DNA of 64,000 nucleotides, from sequence record NC_023719.1; one strand, given 5' to 3'. Numbering within the stretch: the stretch's first letter is position 1; each line of letters opens with the position of its first letter. The notes below the pieces were generated by a model that saw only the letters and a list, made by a program, of their open reading frames with translations, had not been told where the DNA came from and searched no databases. A program made the translations under genes and the position numbers. Positions 45,878 to 55,225 of this stretch are shown piece by piece.

Positions 45878-46276
45878 ATGAAAGCAAAAGTTTATTATCC
45901 AGACAAAATTGGAGGCCGAAAGGCATTAAATAGAATTTTAAGTGTCTTTGCGGAAAACGATATTGAGTATGAGGAGTTTGATTTAACAAAAAAACGTATT
46001 ACATGGGAACAGTTAATGGAAATACTTATGTATACTGAAGAAGGAGTATCTGATATTATCGCTACACAATCTCACGATTATAAACGTTTAATAGAAGAGG
46101 GTGTTGATTTTGAAGATTTGACATTGACAGAGCTTCAGCGATATATTATTCAATATCCAAAACTTATTAAAACTCCAGTTGTAGTTTATAAAAACACTAC
46201 TATTGCTGGTTATGATCAAGAAGCTATAAGTCTTTATAGGAAGCGTAGAAGAGAAAAAAGCTTAGTGAAGTGGTGA
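45878..46276 (+). CDS. Spx/MgsR-family (ArsC-like) regulator lacking CXXC
   Basis: IL.YTEEG..DII.T.S, L..YI..YP.LIKTPVV, GY..E.I match the Spx fold. Confidence 0.8.
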   Translation: MKAKVYYPDKIGGRKALNRILSVFAENDIEYEEFDLTKKRITWEQLMEILMYTEEGVSDIIATQSHDYKRLIEEGVDFEDLTLTELQRYIIQYPKLIKTPVVVYKNTTIAGYDQEAISLYRKRRREKSLVKW

Positions 46277-46280
46277 TAAT

Positions 46281-46520
46281 ATGAAAAAAGCATGGTATAC
46301 TCTAAATGTTGTTCAAGGGAAACTTATAAAAGAAAGATGGAAAGATAATGATCTTGTTACTTTCATCCTAGAGGAAGAAGAAGGAGCATGTATTAAAGTT
46401 TCCTTAATGAATGATATTGAAGATGAAACATGGTATGAAGTATACAACGATATGGGAAAAGTAAAGCTTAACCCCATCAAATTTATATGTTCGTTAGATG
46501 AGTTTAATAAAGAGATATGA
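46281..46520 (+). CDS. Hypothetical protein
   Basis: Co-directional, terminator follows. Confidence 0.7.
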   Translation: MKKAWYTLNVVQGKLIKERWKDNDLVTFILEEEEGACIKVSLMNDIEDETWYEVYNDMGKVKLNPIKFICSLDEFNKEI

Positions 46521-46862
46521 GAAACACATTTATTTAGTGTTTCTTTTTCATTTTACATTAGGAACAATAATTTAAAAGTTTTAATATTCTGTTTAAAATA
46601 GTAACTAATATAATTATTATATTACTGTATTAAATAATAAAACATCTTTTCCACCTTACTAAAAAGTTATGAAAAACTGTTTACATTATATCGTTAACGT
46701 GATATAATATAAATATAAGGTAAGGAGGAAAGGAAAAAGAAAAAAAATGAGGAAATTAAAAAACCTCAAAAAAACAGTTTACAAATACCTTACAATATGA
46801 TATAATATATTTATAAGGTTAATAAAAACACCTAAAAATACACACATTGGAGGAATTAAAAA

Positions 46863-47936
46863 ATGTCATCATCTACTATCAGTAAAGTAACGCCAAATGA
46901 GTTTATTAATATCGTGGAGCCGCTTTATTCTTCAGGCGAACAAATTCCAACTATTATGTTGTGGGGACCTCCTGGGGTTGGTAAATCAGAAGCTATCCAA
47001 ACTACATTAGCAAAACGTATTGCTAAAAATACTGGTAAAACAGTTAAATTCACTGACGTTCGGTTACTATTATTCAACCCAGTTGATTTACGTGGTATCC
47101 CAGTACCTGACCAAGCGCATGAATTTACAAAATGGTTAAAGCCACAAATCTTCAACATGGATCCAGATCCAAATGTTGTTAACATCTTATTACTTGATGA
47201 AATTTCAGCTGCACCGCCTGCAGTACAAGCAGCGGCATTCCAATTAACACTTGACCGTAAAATCGGTGAGCATACATTACCAGATAATGTAATCATTATT
47301 GCAGCTGGTAACCGTGTAGTAGATAAAGGTGTTGCTTACAAAATGCCTACACCGTTGGCAAACCGTATGACTCACTTTGAAATCCATGCTGACCTAGAAG
47401 ACTGGAAAGAGTGGGCAATTCCAAATGGTATTCACCCAACAGTTATTGGTTTCTTAAACTTCCAAGGTAGCTACTTACACAAATTTGATCCATCGAAAGA
47501 TGACTTAGCGTTCCCTACACCACGTGCTTGGTCATTCGTTTCAAAATACTTAAAGCTTTATGGTAATGATATTGACCGTGCATATCCAATGATTGCTGGT
47601 ACAATTGGTACAGGTCCAGCGCATGAGTTTAAAGCATTTGCTAATACGTATGGTAAATTACCAGATATCAATCGCATTATGGATGGAGAAAAGATTGATG
47701 TTCCAAAATCTCCAGATATTTTATACGCTTTATCAGCTGCTCTTACTTACCGCATTCCAAAAGCAACAGATGAGCAAATCAAAAACATTGTACTATTCAC
47801 AATGGGTCTATCAAAAGAGTTCGCAGTATTAACAATGCGAGATATCTTACGCGTAGAAGGTGCTCAAAAGAAAATCATGACTCTTAAAGAGTGGACTCAG
47901 TGGGCAAAGGCTCATAAAGAGTTAATCGTAGGGTAA
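46863..47936 (+). CDS. MoxR-like AAA+ ATPase
   Basis: Walker A GPPGVGKS, DLRGIP, Walker B LLLDEI, AAGNR, PLANR, PTPRAW. Confidence 0.9.
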   Translation: MSSSTISKVTPNEFINIVEPLYSSGEQIPTIMLWGPPGVGKSEAIQTTLAKRIAKNTGKTVKFTDVRLLLFNPVDLRGIPVPDQAHEFTKWLKPQIFNMDPDPNVVNILLLDEISAAPPAVQAAAFQLTLDRKIGEHTLPDNVIIIAAGNRVVDKGVAYKMPTPLANRMTHFEIHADLEDWKEWAIPNGIHPTVIGFLNFQGSYLHKFDPSKDDLAFPTPRAWSFVSKYLKLYGNDIDRAYPMIAGTIGTGPAHEFKAFANTYGKLPDINRIMDGEKIDVPKSPDILYALSAALTYRIPKATDEQIKNIVLFTMGLSKEFAVLTMRDILRVEGAQKKIMTLKEWTQWAKAHKELIVG

Positions 47937-47998
47937 TTAAAATAAACTGGTAAAGGCGGAGTTTAAACTCCGCCTTTTTTTATAAGGAGTGTACTTAA

Positions 47999-48310
47999 AT
48001 GACAAATACGAAAGACAAAAATCAAATTGCTAAAGAGTTGTTAAATCAAGAGCCTTATCATATTTATAAACGTTTTGATCATATTTTAAATGAATTAGTG
48101 GAAGAGTATGAAGCAGATATAAATCCAACAACAACTCATAATTTTCTTTTACAAACTTTAATATTGGGCGCTAATCCTACAAATAGAAGCTTATTAATAG
48201 AGAAATTTCAATATCTAATAAAAATAGATGCAGTGAAAAGACATATTTTAAGTTGTTATTTGTGGATTTATTGGGCAAGAGCGTTTGAAGAAGATACAAA
48301 AGACCTCTAG
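47999..48310 (+). CDS. Hypothetical protein
   Basis: AAGGAG RBS, terminator. Confidence 0.75.
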   Translation: MTNTKDKNQIAKELLNQEPYHIYKRFDHILNELVEEYEADINPTTTHNFLLQTLILGANPTNRSLLIEKFQYLIKIDAVKRHILSCYLWIYWARAFEEDTKDL

Positions 48311-48402
48311 AAATAGAGGTTTTTTATTTATTTTATAAAAACAGTTTACAAATACATAGACGAATGATATAATGAATATATAAATAAGAAGGAGTGTTGT
48401 AA

Positions 48403-48834
48403 TTGAAAACTTTATACCATTCAACATCGTTATATAATTGTAAAAGTATTATTGAAACGGGATTTATTGAATCAAGACTAGGGCGAGGTATAGGTTTTGA
48501 ATTTACTGGTGATGAAGAAGACTTTAATAATAATTTAAAAAAAGCTGATGGTTATGTTTTTTTATCTGACAGTTTTGAATTAGTATCAGGATTGTATGGC
48601 TCAGAGTCATTCTTTGAACCCGTAGTGATTGAATTAAATATAGATAATATTATATTATTACCTGATGATATCGATTGTCCCGAGTGTAAAACATGGCAGG
48701 AAAGTTTAGAGAAACTAAATCAATTAAAGGTTAAAGCGCCTATAAGTATTAATAACATTGTAAAAATACATGTTTTTAAGGAAAATAAAGTTTTAACAGT
48801 AAATGAATTTAAAGAGTATTATAAAGAAGGGTAA
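48403..48834 (+). CDS. ADP-ribosyltransferase-fold protein (third, divergent paralog)
   Basis: LYHSTS..N...I...G.I, YVFL, VIEL.I, LPD..D.PEC.TWQES shared with 29815 and 30421. Confidence 0.65.
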   Translation: MKTLYHSTSLYNCKSIIETGFIESRLGRGIGFEFTGDEEDFNNNLKKADGYVFLSDSFELVSGLYGSESFFEPVVIELNIDNIILLPDDIDCPECKTWQESLEKLNQLKVKAPISINNIVKIHVFKENKVLTVNEFKEYYKEG

Positions 48835-48969
48835 AACCTTCTTTTTTTATTTTAAACTTTTAAAAAATATGTGACACTTTCAGGTATTTTCAATTAATCA
48901 ACGTAATATAATCTAATATAACCAGGAAACAAGGTTAAACAAAAAAATGAGAAAAAGGGGAGTTATTAT

Positions 48970-49917
48970 TTGGGTCTTTTCACAAGCGGTTTAGTTACAA
49001 AGGTGTTAGTTACTTCAGGTCTTACAGCTGGTATTATTATTTCAACTGCTGCGTTTAATGGTGATGCTGCATTAGAAGGTATGAAACATAAAGCTGATGA
49101 AGCTTCACAAAAAATTCAAGAATTAGTTTCTAAAACTCAAGGATGGCAATCATATGCTGTCGGGTTACAAGATAACTTTACTTCAACAGTAAATAATGCT
49201 AATTCACAAATTGGAGCCTTGAAAAATAAAAATTCAGAACTTCAAGCTACAATTAAAGGATTAGATAAAAAATTAAAAGCAGCTAATGCCAGAATTGCAA
49301 CACTTGAAGTTGAAAAAGCTAAATTAATCGCTGATCGTGAAGCATTAAGAATTGCATTAAGTATAAAAACTGCACAATACAATGCTGAAGTAGAAGCCCA
49401 CAAAAATACTAAATCCACTTTACAAGCTGAAATTGAAAGTCTAAAACAACAAATCTCTGATTTAAGCAGCCAAATTTCTTCTTTAGAAGCCACAATTACA
49501 GATCTTAGTAATGCAAAGTCTGAATTGGAATCTCAAATCACTGCTTTAAATACTCAAAAAGCAGAATTAGAAGATAAATTATTAGTACTTGAAGATCAAA
49601 ACAAACAACTTAATGATTTAAATGAGCAAGCTAATGGTGAAATTGAACGCTTAGAAGGCGAATTGAATGAGGCGAATACAACTGGCCAAAATGAAATTAA
49701 CCGCTTAGAAGCTGAAGTGAATAAAGCCAACAGTGCAGTAGAGGGTGCTGCTAACTATGTAAATGGAGTTGATATTTCAGGTAGTGGTGCAAAAGATGTA
49801 AGTGAAGTAAGTGATTATACTCCACCAGCTCTTGATACGGCTCCGCCAGTAAATTCTTTAACTGGGGCTGAAGGCGCAGATGAAGCGCCAGCTGCTTCAG
49901 AAGCATTAACTGATTAA
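48970..49917 (+). CDS. Membrane-anchored or secreted long coiled-coil protein
   Basis: Hydrophobic N-terminus, about 200-aa heptad region, acidic Ala/Pro tail. Confidence 0.75.
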   Translation: MGLFTSGLVTKVLVTSGLTAGIIISTAAFNGDAALEGMKHKADEASQKIQELVSKTQGWQSYAVGLQDNFTSTVNNANSQIGALKNKNSELQATIKGLDKKLKAANARIATLEVEKAKLIADREALRIALSIKTAQYNAEVEAHKNTKSTLQAEIESLKQQISDLSSQISSLEATITDLSNAKSELESQITALNTQKAELEDKLLVLEDQNKQLNDLNEQANGEIERLEGELNEANTTGQNEINRLEAEVNKANSAVEGAANYVNGVDISGSGAKDVSEVSDYTPPALDTAPPVNSLTGAEGADEAPAASEALTD

Positions 49918-50114
49918 TCTAGTTAGTTGTTAATAAATTGATTATTTATATAATCACTGAGATTAATTCTCAGTGATTTTTATTTTATTTTAATAGAGAT
50001 ATATGGTTAAAACTGAGAATTGAATTTACAGTATTGCCTTCATAGAAGTTTATTTGTCATAAATTATGATATAATAAATCTAAGGAGGCGAGTAAATTCA
50101 ACAGTAAAACACAC

Positions 50115-50471
50115 TTGTTTATAGGGTTAATTACTTGGATTTTCTTTGATTGTACTCTTATTACTCTTCCTCTATTTTTGTTTGGATCTATACTTCCAGA
50201 TATAGATCATCCCAAATCTAAGCTGGGTAGATTTAACTTGTTAAATAGAATTAAAGTAAGGAAAAAAGGATATAGAGGGCAATCTGTTAGACTTATCAAA
50301 CATAGAGGTAAGAGCCATACAATCTTAGGAATTATACTTCTATCGTCACCCTTTTTACTAATTAATTATCAATCATTTGAAGCTGTTTTTCTTGGAAGCT
50401 TGTCTCATATATTGGGAGATAGATTTCAAGCATTGTTTACGAAATCTAAATATAAGCTAAGACTGTGGTAG
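50115..50471 (+). CDS. YdjM-like membrane metal-dependent hydrolase
   Basis: GSILPDIDHP, HRG.SH, SHILGD; canonical start not evident near RBS at 50082. Confidence 0.8.
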   Translation: MFIGLITWIFFDCTLITLPLFLFGSILPDIDHPKSKLGRFNLLNRIKVRKKGYRGQSVRLIKHRGKSHTILGIILLSSPFLLINYQSFEAVFLGSLSHILGDRFQALFTKSKYKLRLW

Positions 50472-50602
50472 AAAGATGCCGCAGTCTTTTTTAGTTTAAA
50501 AAAGTCAATGATATACATAAATAATTAAAAGTTGCATAAATCATGTTTAAACTATATTGTACGTGAATATAATGGTACTATAAAATACAACAAAAAAGGA
50601 GA

Positions 50603-50986
50603 ATGGACATGAAATTTGTAAAAGTGATAATGGTGATGTTAGTATTGGTGATGTTAGCGGGTTGTAATTCAAACATGATGAAAGATGACACTGAAGAAAA
50701 AGATGCTTTGTTATATGAAATGTTGATGAATGCCACAATTGAGCAAGAATTAAACAGATTTGGGAATAATGAAATTTATACTTTAACTAATAATACTGAT
50801 ATTACATTTGATGCAATATATGTTAATTATGATATTTTTGATGCAGATGGAGTTAAGTTAAAAAGTAGATCAACGAATGTTCGTGATATTACACCTGGAC
50901 AAGTGTTTCAAATTAAATTAACTAGCTTTGATAGTAAAGCAACAGCGTTTAATATTACGTCAATTTCAGTAGATGTATTTAAATAA
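50603..50986 (+). CDS. Lipoprotein with FxLYD-like domain
   Basis: Lipobox LAGC; N.T......V.Y..FDADG. Confidence 0.75.
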   Translation: MDMKFVKVIMVMLVLVMLAGCNSNMMKDDTEEKDALLYEMLMNATIEQELNRFGNNEIYTLTNNTDITFDAIYVNYDIFDADGVKLKSRSTNVRDITPGQVFQIKLTSFDSKATAFNITSISVDVFK

Positions 50987-51050
50987 TAAAAAACAATTTA
51001 CAATCCTTACGTTATATAGTATAATGTAAATATAAGGTAAGGAGGCGGTT

Positions 51051-51425
51051 ATTATTAAGAAATCAGTTAGAGATTATTTATTAAATCAACCAATATTTTT
51101 TGGTCATGAAAGAGAAGTAAAAGAAGCTATTGAGAAAATAGAAGTAGCATTTATGTTAACTAACGTAGAATTTAAATGGGAACAACAAAGTAATTACATT
51201 GTATTGAAAGCTTATCATTATAAACATTTTACTTTAGAATTTAAATTAAATAAAAATGGTAGAGTACATGAAATTAACGTTTGTGGGCCTCGTTCTAATG
51301 ACACTGATGGGAAATACCATTTTGCAAGAAAAAGCTATAAACGAGTGAAGCCAAATGAAAAAAATAAAAAAGATGTATTACCACTCTTTGATTACTTTAT
51401 AAATGTAGTATCGGAGGCTAAATAA
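51051..51425 (+). CDS. Hypothetical protein, probable ATT start; paralog of 51427
   Basis: AAGGAGG then in-frame ATT; the 34-aa extension beyond the track ORF aligns with N-terminus of 51427. Confidence 0.7.
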   Translation: MIKKSVRDYLLNQPIFFGHEREVKEAIEKIEVAFMLTNVEFKWEQQSNYIVLKAYHYKHFTLEFKLNKNGRVHEINVCGPRSNDTDGKYHFARKSYKRVKPNEKNKKDVLPLFDYFINVVSEAK

Positions 51426-51426
51426 T

Positions 51427-51804
51427 ATGCATATAAATAAAGCAACCTTGCATGAAAATTTAGCATTTGGTAAATATGGCAAGCAAGTTAAAGAAGCTCT
51501 TGAAAGAGTTGAAATGTTGATTCAATTAAAAGATTTAACATATGATTGGTATGGAACGTTTGATCAATTAGTTTTAGATGTTCGTATTCCAAATTCATCA
51601 GCTTCTCGTGTTTTACTTTTTCGTATTGACGACAGAGGTTATATTGAATTAATTCATATTCTTGGCCCAGAAGCAGAAGCTCCGATAGAGTGTCATGATC
51701 ATTATACTGGCGTGCTTTATAAAAGGTATCATCGATTAAAGCCTAGTAAAAGAAGTAGAAAGAGAGTATTGTCACTTATTCGAAAATTCGAACAGTTGAT
51801 TTAG
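51427..51804 (+). CDS. Hypothetical protein
   Basis: VKEALERVE..I.GP......Y..LKP shared with upstream gene. Confidence 0.8.
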   Translation: MHINKATLHENLAFGKYGKQVKEALERVEMLIQLKDLTYDWYGTFDQLVLDVRIPNSSASRVLLFRIDDRGYIELIHILGPEAEAPIECHDHYTGVLYKRYHRLKPSKRSRKRVLSLIRKFEQLI

Positions 51805-51819
51805 AAGGGGAAATAGAGA

Positions 51820-51960
51820 ATGAAGAGAAAGAAGAAAAAACAACGTTGGTATCAAGAACTTGCATTAGATGTCGCAGTACAATTTATAATTGAAGCAATT
51901 ATAAGCATTATAATGTATATTCCTAGAATGATTGTTCGATTAATAACGAATATATGGTAA
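51820..51960 (+). CDS. 46-aa basic/hydrophobic peptide (not in ORF track)
   Basis: AAGGGG RBS, terminator follows. Confidence 0.55.
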   Translation: MKRKKKKQRWYQELALDVAVQFIIEAIISIIMYIPRMIVRLITNIW

Positions 51961-52147
51961 AAGATAAAATAAAAACGCTAGGTTAAACTTAGTGTTTTTT
52001 TATTTATAATTTTTTAAAAAACAGTTTACAAATAAAGATTAATGAGATATAATGAATATATAAATAAGAAATATTATTTAAAATTTAATTAACACTTTAG
52101 ACCATTTTAAATAATATATATTTAGATATAGAGAAGGAGTAAAGAAC

Positions 52148-52249
52148 GTGGAACTCATATTAGCAGCAGCACTTTTAGTAATACTAATAATGTTAATACA
52201 AACAGTAAAAAGAAAGAATTTGAAAGAGAAGAGATTGAATGAACAATGA
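52148..52249 (+). CDS. 33-aa membrane peptide (not in ORF track)
   Basis: AAGGAG RBS, GTG start. Confidence 0.5.
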   Translation: MELILAAALLVILIMLIQTVKRKNLKEKRLNEQ

Positions 52250-52340
52250 AAAGTAGTTCAATTCAAGAAAAAACATTAATAAACAGTTTACAATATATTT
52301 GTTATATGATATAATAAATATATAAGGAAATAAGGAGGAA

Positions 52341-53525
52341 ATGAAAATGGCACTAAGTGTAGAAGATCGTTTAGTTAAAAGTAGGGTACAATTATTAATG
52401 CATTTTCCGTTCTTTGGGACTTTAGCATTACATTTACAGTTGCGAGAGCGAAAGGATATTCCAACAGCAGCTACTGATGGTCGTAGTTATTTCTTTAATC
52501 CTGATTGGTGTGGTCGTTTGGACGACAAAGAGCTTAATTTCTTAACAGCTCATGAAGTGTTACACCCAGCATTAGGACACCTTTGGAGACGCGGTGGACG
52601 TGACCCAATTATTTGGAACCATGCGGCAGATTATTGTATTAATGCAATGATTAAAGAATGTGATCCAGATGAGAAACATTTCAAAATGATTGTTGGTGGA
52701 CTTTATGACAAGAAATTTGAAGGTATGTTCTCAGAAGAAATCTATGACATCTTAATTAAAGATGAAGATTACGTTAAAAAAGCTCATGCTAATGCAGCTA
52801 ATGGTAATGGTGGGACAATTGATAGCCATGATGAGTGGGGTAAAGCTCAAGCTGGTGATGAAAATGGAGACACTAAAGGTAACACTCCTCAAGATTGGGA
52901 AGGCCGTACAATTCAAGCTGCTAAAGTAGCTGAAAATAATGAAAAAAATCGTGGTAAAATGCCAGGAGCGATTAAACGTTTAATTAAAGATTTGGTGGAG
53001 CCACAGAAGAACTGGAAAGAACTTCTAGCTGAGTTTGTACAACCAGAAATTAATGACTATGGTTGGAATCCTCCAAATCAGCATCATATTTGGCGAGATA
53101 TTTACTTACCAGACTTCAATGAAGAAGTAGATACAGTGAAGAACTTAGTATTTGCTATTGATACTTCAGGATCGATTGGTGAGCATGAAATTCGTACATT
53201 TATTTCTGAAATTATTGGATGTATGAATCAGTTTAGTGGAAAAGTAAAAGGTCACTTAGTATATTGCGATGCTCGCGTAGCAGCAGTATACGATTTAGAA
53301 GATACTGAGCATTCAACTCCAGCTGGTGGTGGGGGTACTGCATTCGAACCAGTATTCCAGTGGGTTGAAGAAAACTTGGAAGAATGTTCTGGAGTAGCAT
53401 ACTTAACAGATATGTATGCAAGCTTCGATTTCAAAATTCCAAATTATCCAGTATTGTGGGCATCTACTACTAAAAACATGGAAGCTCCATGGGGAACAAC
53501 AACTTACCTTGATGTAAGAATATAA
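52341..53525 (+). CDS. DUF2201-type metallopeptidase-like + vWA protein
   Basis: TAATDG, HEVLH, WN.AAD..IN, IDTSGSI, GGGGTAF.PVF, YLTD. Confidence 0.85.
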   Translation: MKMALSVEDRLVKSRVQLLMHFPFFGTLALHLQLRERKDIPTAATDGRSYFFNPDWCGRLDDKELNFLTAHEVLHPALGHLWRRGGRDPIIWNHAADYCINAMIKECDPDEKHFKMIVGGLYDKKFEGMFSEEIYDILIKDEDYVKKAHANAANGNGGTIDSHDEWGKAQAGDENGDTKGNTPQDWEGRTIQAAKVAENNEKNRGKMPGAIKRLIKDLVEPQKNWKELLAEFVQPEINDYGWNPPNQHHIWRDIYLPDFNEEVDTVKNLVFAIDTSGSIGEHEIRTFISEIIGCMNQFSGKVKGHLVYCDARVAAVYDLEDTEHSTPAGGGGTAFEPVFQWVEENLEECSGVAYLTDMYASFDFKIPNYPVLWASTTKNMEAPWGTTTYLDVRI

Positions 53526-53549
53526 AAAATAAAAGGAGGGGAAATTTCA

Positions 53550-53771
53550 ATGGATGATAAGATAATAATGCTACTGATGGCATCTCTCTATATCTCTTAT
53601 ATTGAAATTTCCTTCTACTTTCATATCAAAAAGTATGAAGGGTTGGACGCAAGTATCTTATGCGATATAATTACGATATTATTTACTTTGTGTCCCATTT
53701 TAAATCTTTTAATGGCACTGTCTTTAGCTGAGTTATATCATTCGATGTTAGAAAGAGAATGGAATGGATAA
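53550..53771 (+). CDS. Small membrane protein, paralog of 53759
   Basis: ISFY...KK.....PI.N.L...SL..LY. Confidence 0.75.
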   Translation: MDDKIIMLLMASLYISYIEISFYFHIKKYEGLDASILCDIITILFTLCPILNLLMALSLAELYHSMLEREWNG

Positions 53772-54013
53772 AATTGATGAGCGATACAACAATAAAAATT
53801 TTGATCATACACCTCGTTATAACTTTCTTTGATATTTCCTTTTATTATTATTTGAGGAAAAAAAGAGGAATAGAAAAAGACTTTAGTACAGATTGCTCTA
53901 TAGTATTCTTTAGTTTAGCGCCTATTTTTAATGTTTTAATAATAATTTCATTGTTAGATCTTTATGAGCTCGCAAAAAGAAAAGAAAAAGAAAACAAAGG
54001 GAGGGAGAAGTAA
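53759..54013 (+). CDS. Small membrane protein
   Basis: Paralog of 53550. Confidence 0.75.
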   Translation: MEWIKLMSDTTIKILIIHLVITFFDISFYYYLRKKRGIEKDFSTDCSIVFFSLAPIFNVLIIISLLDLYELAKRKEKENKGREK

Positions 54014-54016
54014 GAT

Positions 54017-54571
54017 ATGACTACTTCTATATCAATTTCTGATAAAAAAGTGTTTATTCGATGGGTTTTGAAAAACTACCAATTGAAACGTCGTGAATGT
54101 GTATGGATTTTGAATTATCTCTTAAGTAATGATGAATTATTGCAAAAGATTCGATTTGTTGATGATGGTGCGAGTTATTGTTCTAGAGGGATAGTGATGT
54201 CTGCGGTTGATTCAACTGGAACACCTTTCCGTTATTATAAAGATAATATTATGACTGCGGATGCTGAGAAAGCATTTCATGATATGCGTTTAGATGCTAA
54301 AGAAACATACATTCAATTAAACACAGGCGAAAAAGCATTAAGTAAACAATACTTAGCGGTTCTTGAAGAAAACCCTCACATGCCAGAAATAATACAAATC
54401 AATGAAGAAGAACGCTCTGAAGTAGAATCATTGCTTTCTAACAGTTTAATTGATTTCCAGAAGAATCAGTTATTGGATCAAATTGATATAACTCTTGACA
54501 ATGGGGATAAAGAAAAATTTTATGAGCTAACAAATTTGTTATTAAACTTAAAAGAAACAGCTAAAAATTAA
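54017..54571 (+). CDS. YpiB/ReoY-family protein with IDEAL domain
   Basis: FIRW.L.NYQLKRRECVWILNYL, RGIVMS, DAEKAFHD.RL, LEENP, ID..LD..DKE.F. Confidence 0.88.
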   Translation: MTTSISISDKKVFIRWVLKNYQLKRRECVWILNYLLSNDELLQKIRFVDDGASYCSRGIVMSAVDSTGTPFRYYKDNIMTADAEKAFHDMRLDAKETYIQLNTGEKALSKQYLAVLEENPHMPEIIQINEEERSEVESLLSNSLIDFQKNQLLDQIDITLDNGDKEKFYELTNLLLNLKETAKN

Positions 54572-54602
54572 GAGAAGCTGCAGCTTCTCTTTTTGTAGAT
54601 AG

Positions 54603-55091
54603 GTGGGTGAAAACATGTTGAGAGCTTATGAAGATAGATCATTTTCTTACGATAGAGTGAGCAATGATGAATTAGAGCTTTATATAAAGAATTCAATTGT
54701 CTGTTCTGATCCTAGCGTTATTAAGAAAGTTGTTGAAAATTGGTTAAGTTTTAATGGATCAGTCTTAGAATTTGATGAGTTAGTATGTTTAACTGATTTT
54801 ATTAATAACGAAGAGTATATGAAGAAAACCCTTATAGTTAGTGATTTTAGTTATCGAAATATGTATTGCTGTCTTTCTCTAGAGTTTAAACATGTAAATG
54901 GTACAAGTTATAACCAATTACGTGGAGGAATAGTTAATGTTATTAAGAAGTTAGAAACAGATGGATTTGAAAATTTTTTCTTGTTGGTTGATAATTGGCA
55001 ATTATATGCTAGAGGTTCAATAACTAATGAAGAAATGGACAAGTTAAGATTAGAAGATGAAGAAGAATCTTGGCTGTATGATTTACTGTAG
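54603..55091 (+). CDS. Hypothetical protein
   Basis: ORF with RBS. Confidence 0.7.
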   Translation: MGENMLRAYEDRSFSYDRVSNDELELYIKNSIVCSDPSVIKKVVENWLSFNGSVLEFDELVCLTDFINNEEYMKKTLIVSDFSYRNMYCCLSLEFKHVNGTSYNQLRGGIVNVIKKLETDGFENFFLLVDNWQLYARGSITNEEMDKLRLEDEEESWLYDLL

Positions 55092-55225
55092 TTTATTTTT
55101 GAAAAAACAGTTTACAAATGGTTTTATGTAGGATATAATAAAAACATAAATAAATGAATTAATTTATTTAAAAAACCTTTCCAATATAAATACTATAAAT
55201 ATAAAGAAATTTGGGAGGTTGGAAA

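Noticed and set aside
46925-47296. Minus-strand ORFs inside real genes (also 1408, 3524, 9385, 10026, 16721, 20857, 21959, 23258, 24595, 27683, 28991, 31464, 36364, 43153, 49242, 50547, 53233, 53252, 56474, 57610, 61238, 62751)
   Set aside because: Shadow frames of well-supported + strand genes, without RBS or recognisable motifs
5270-50570. Sporulation-sigma (sigmaG/K-like) late promoters with CATANNNT boxes upstream of some genes
   Set aside because: Matches are short and unavoidable at this AT content; no consistent -35 spacing could be established by eye
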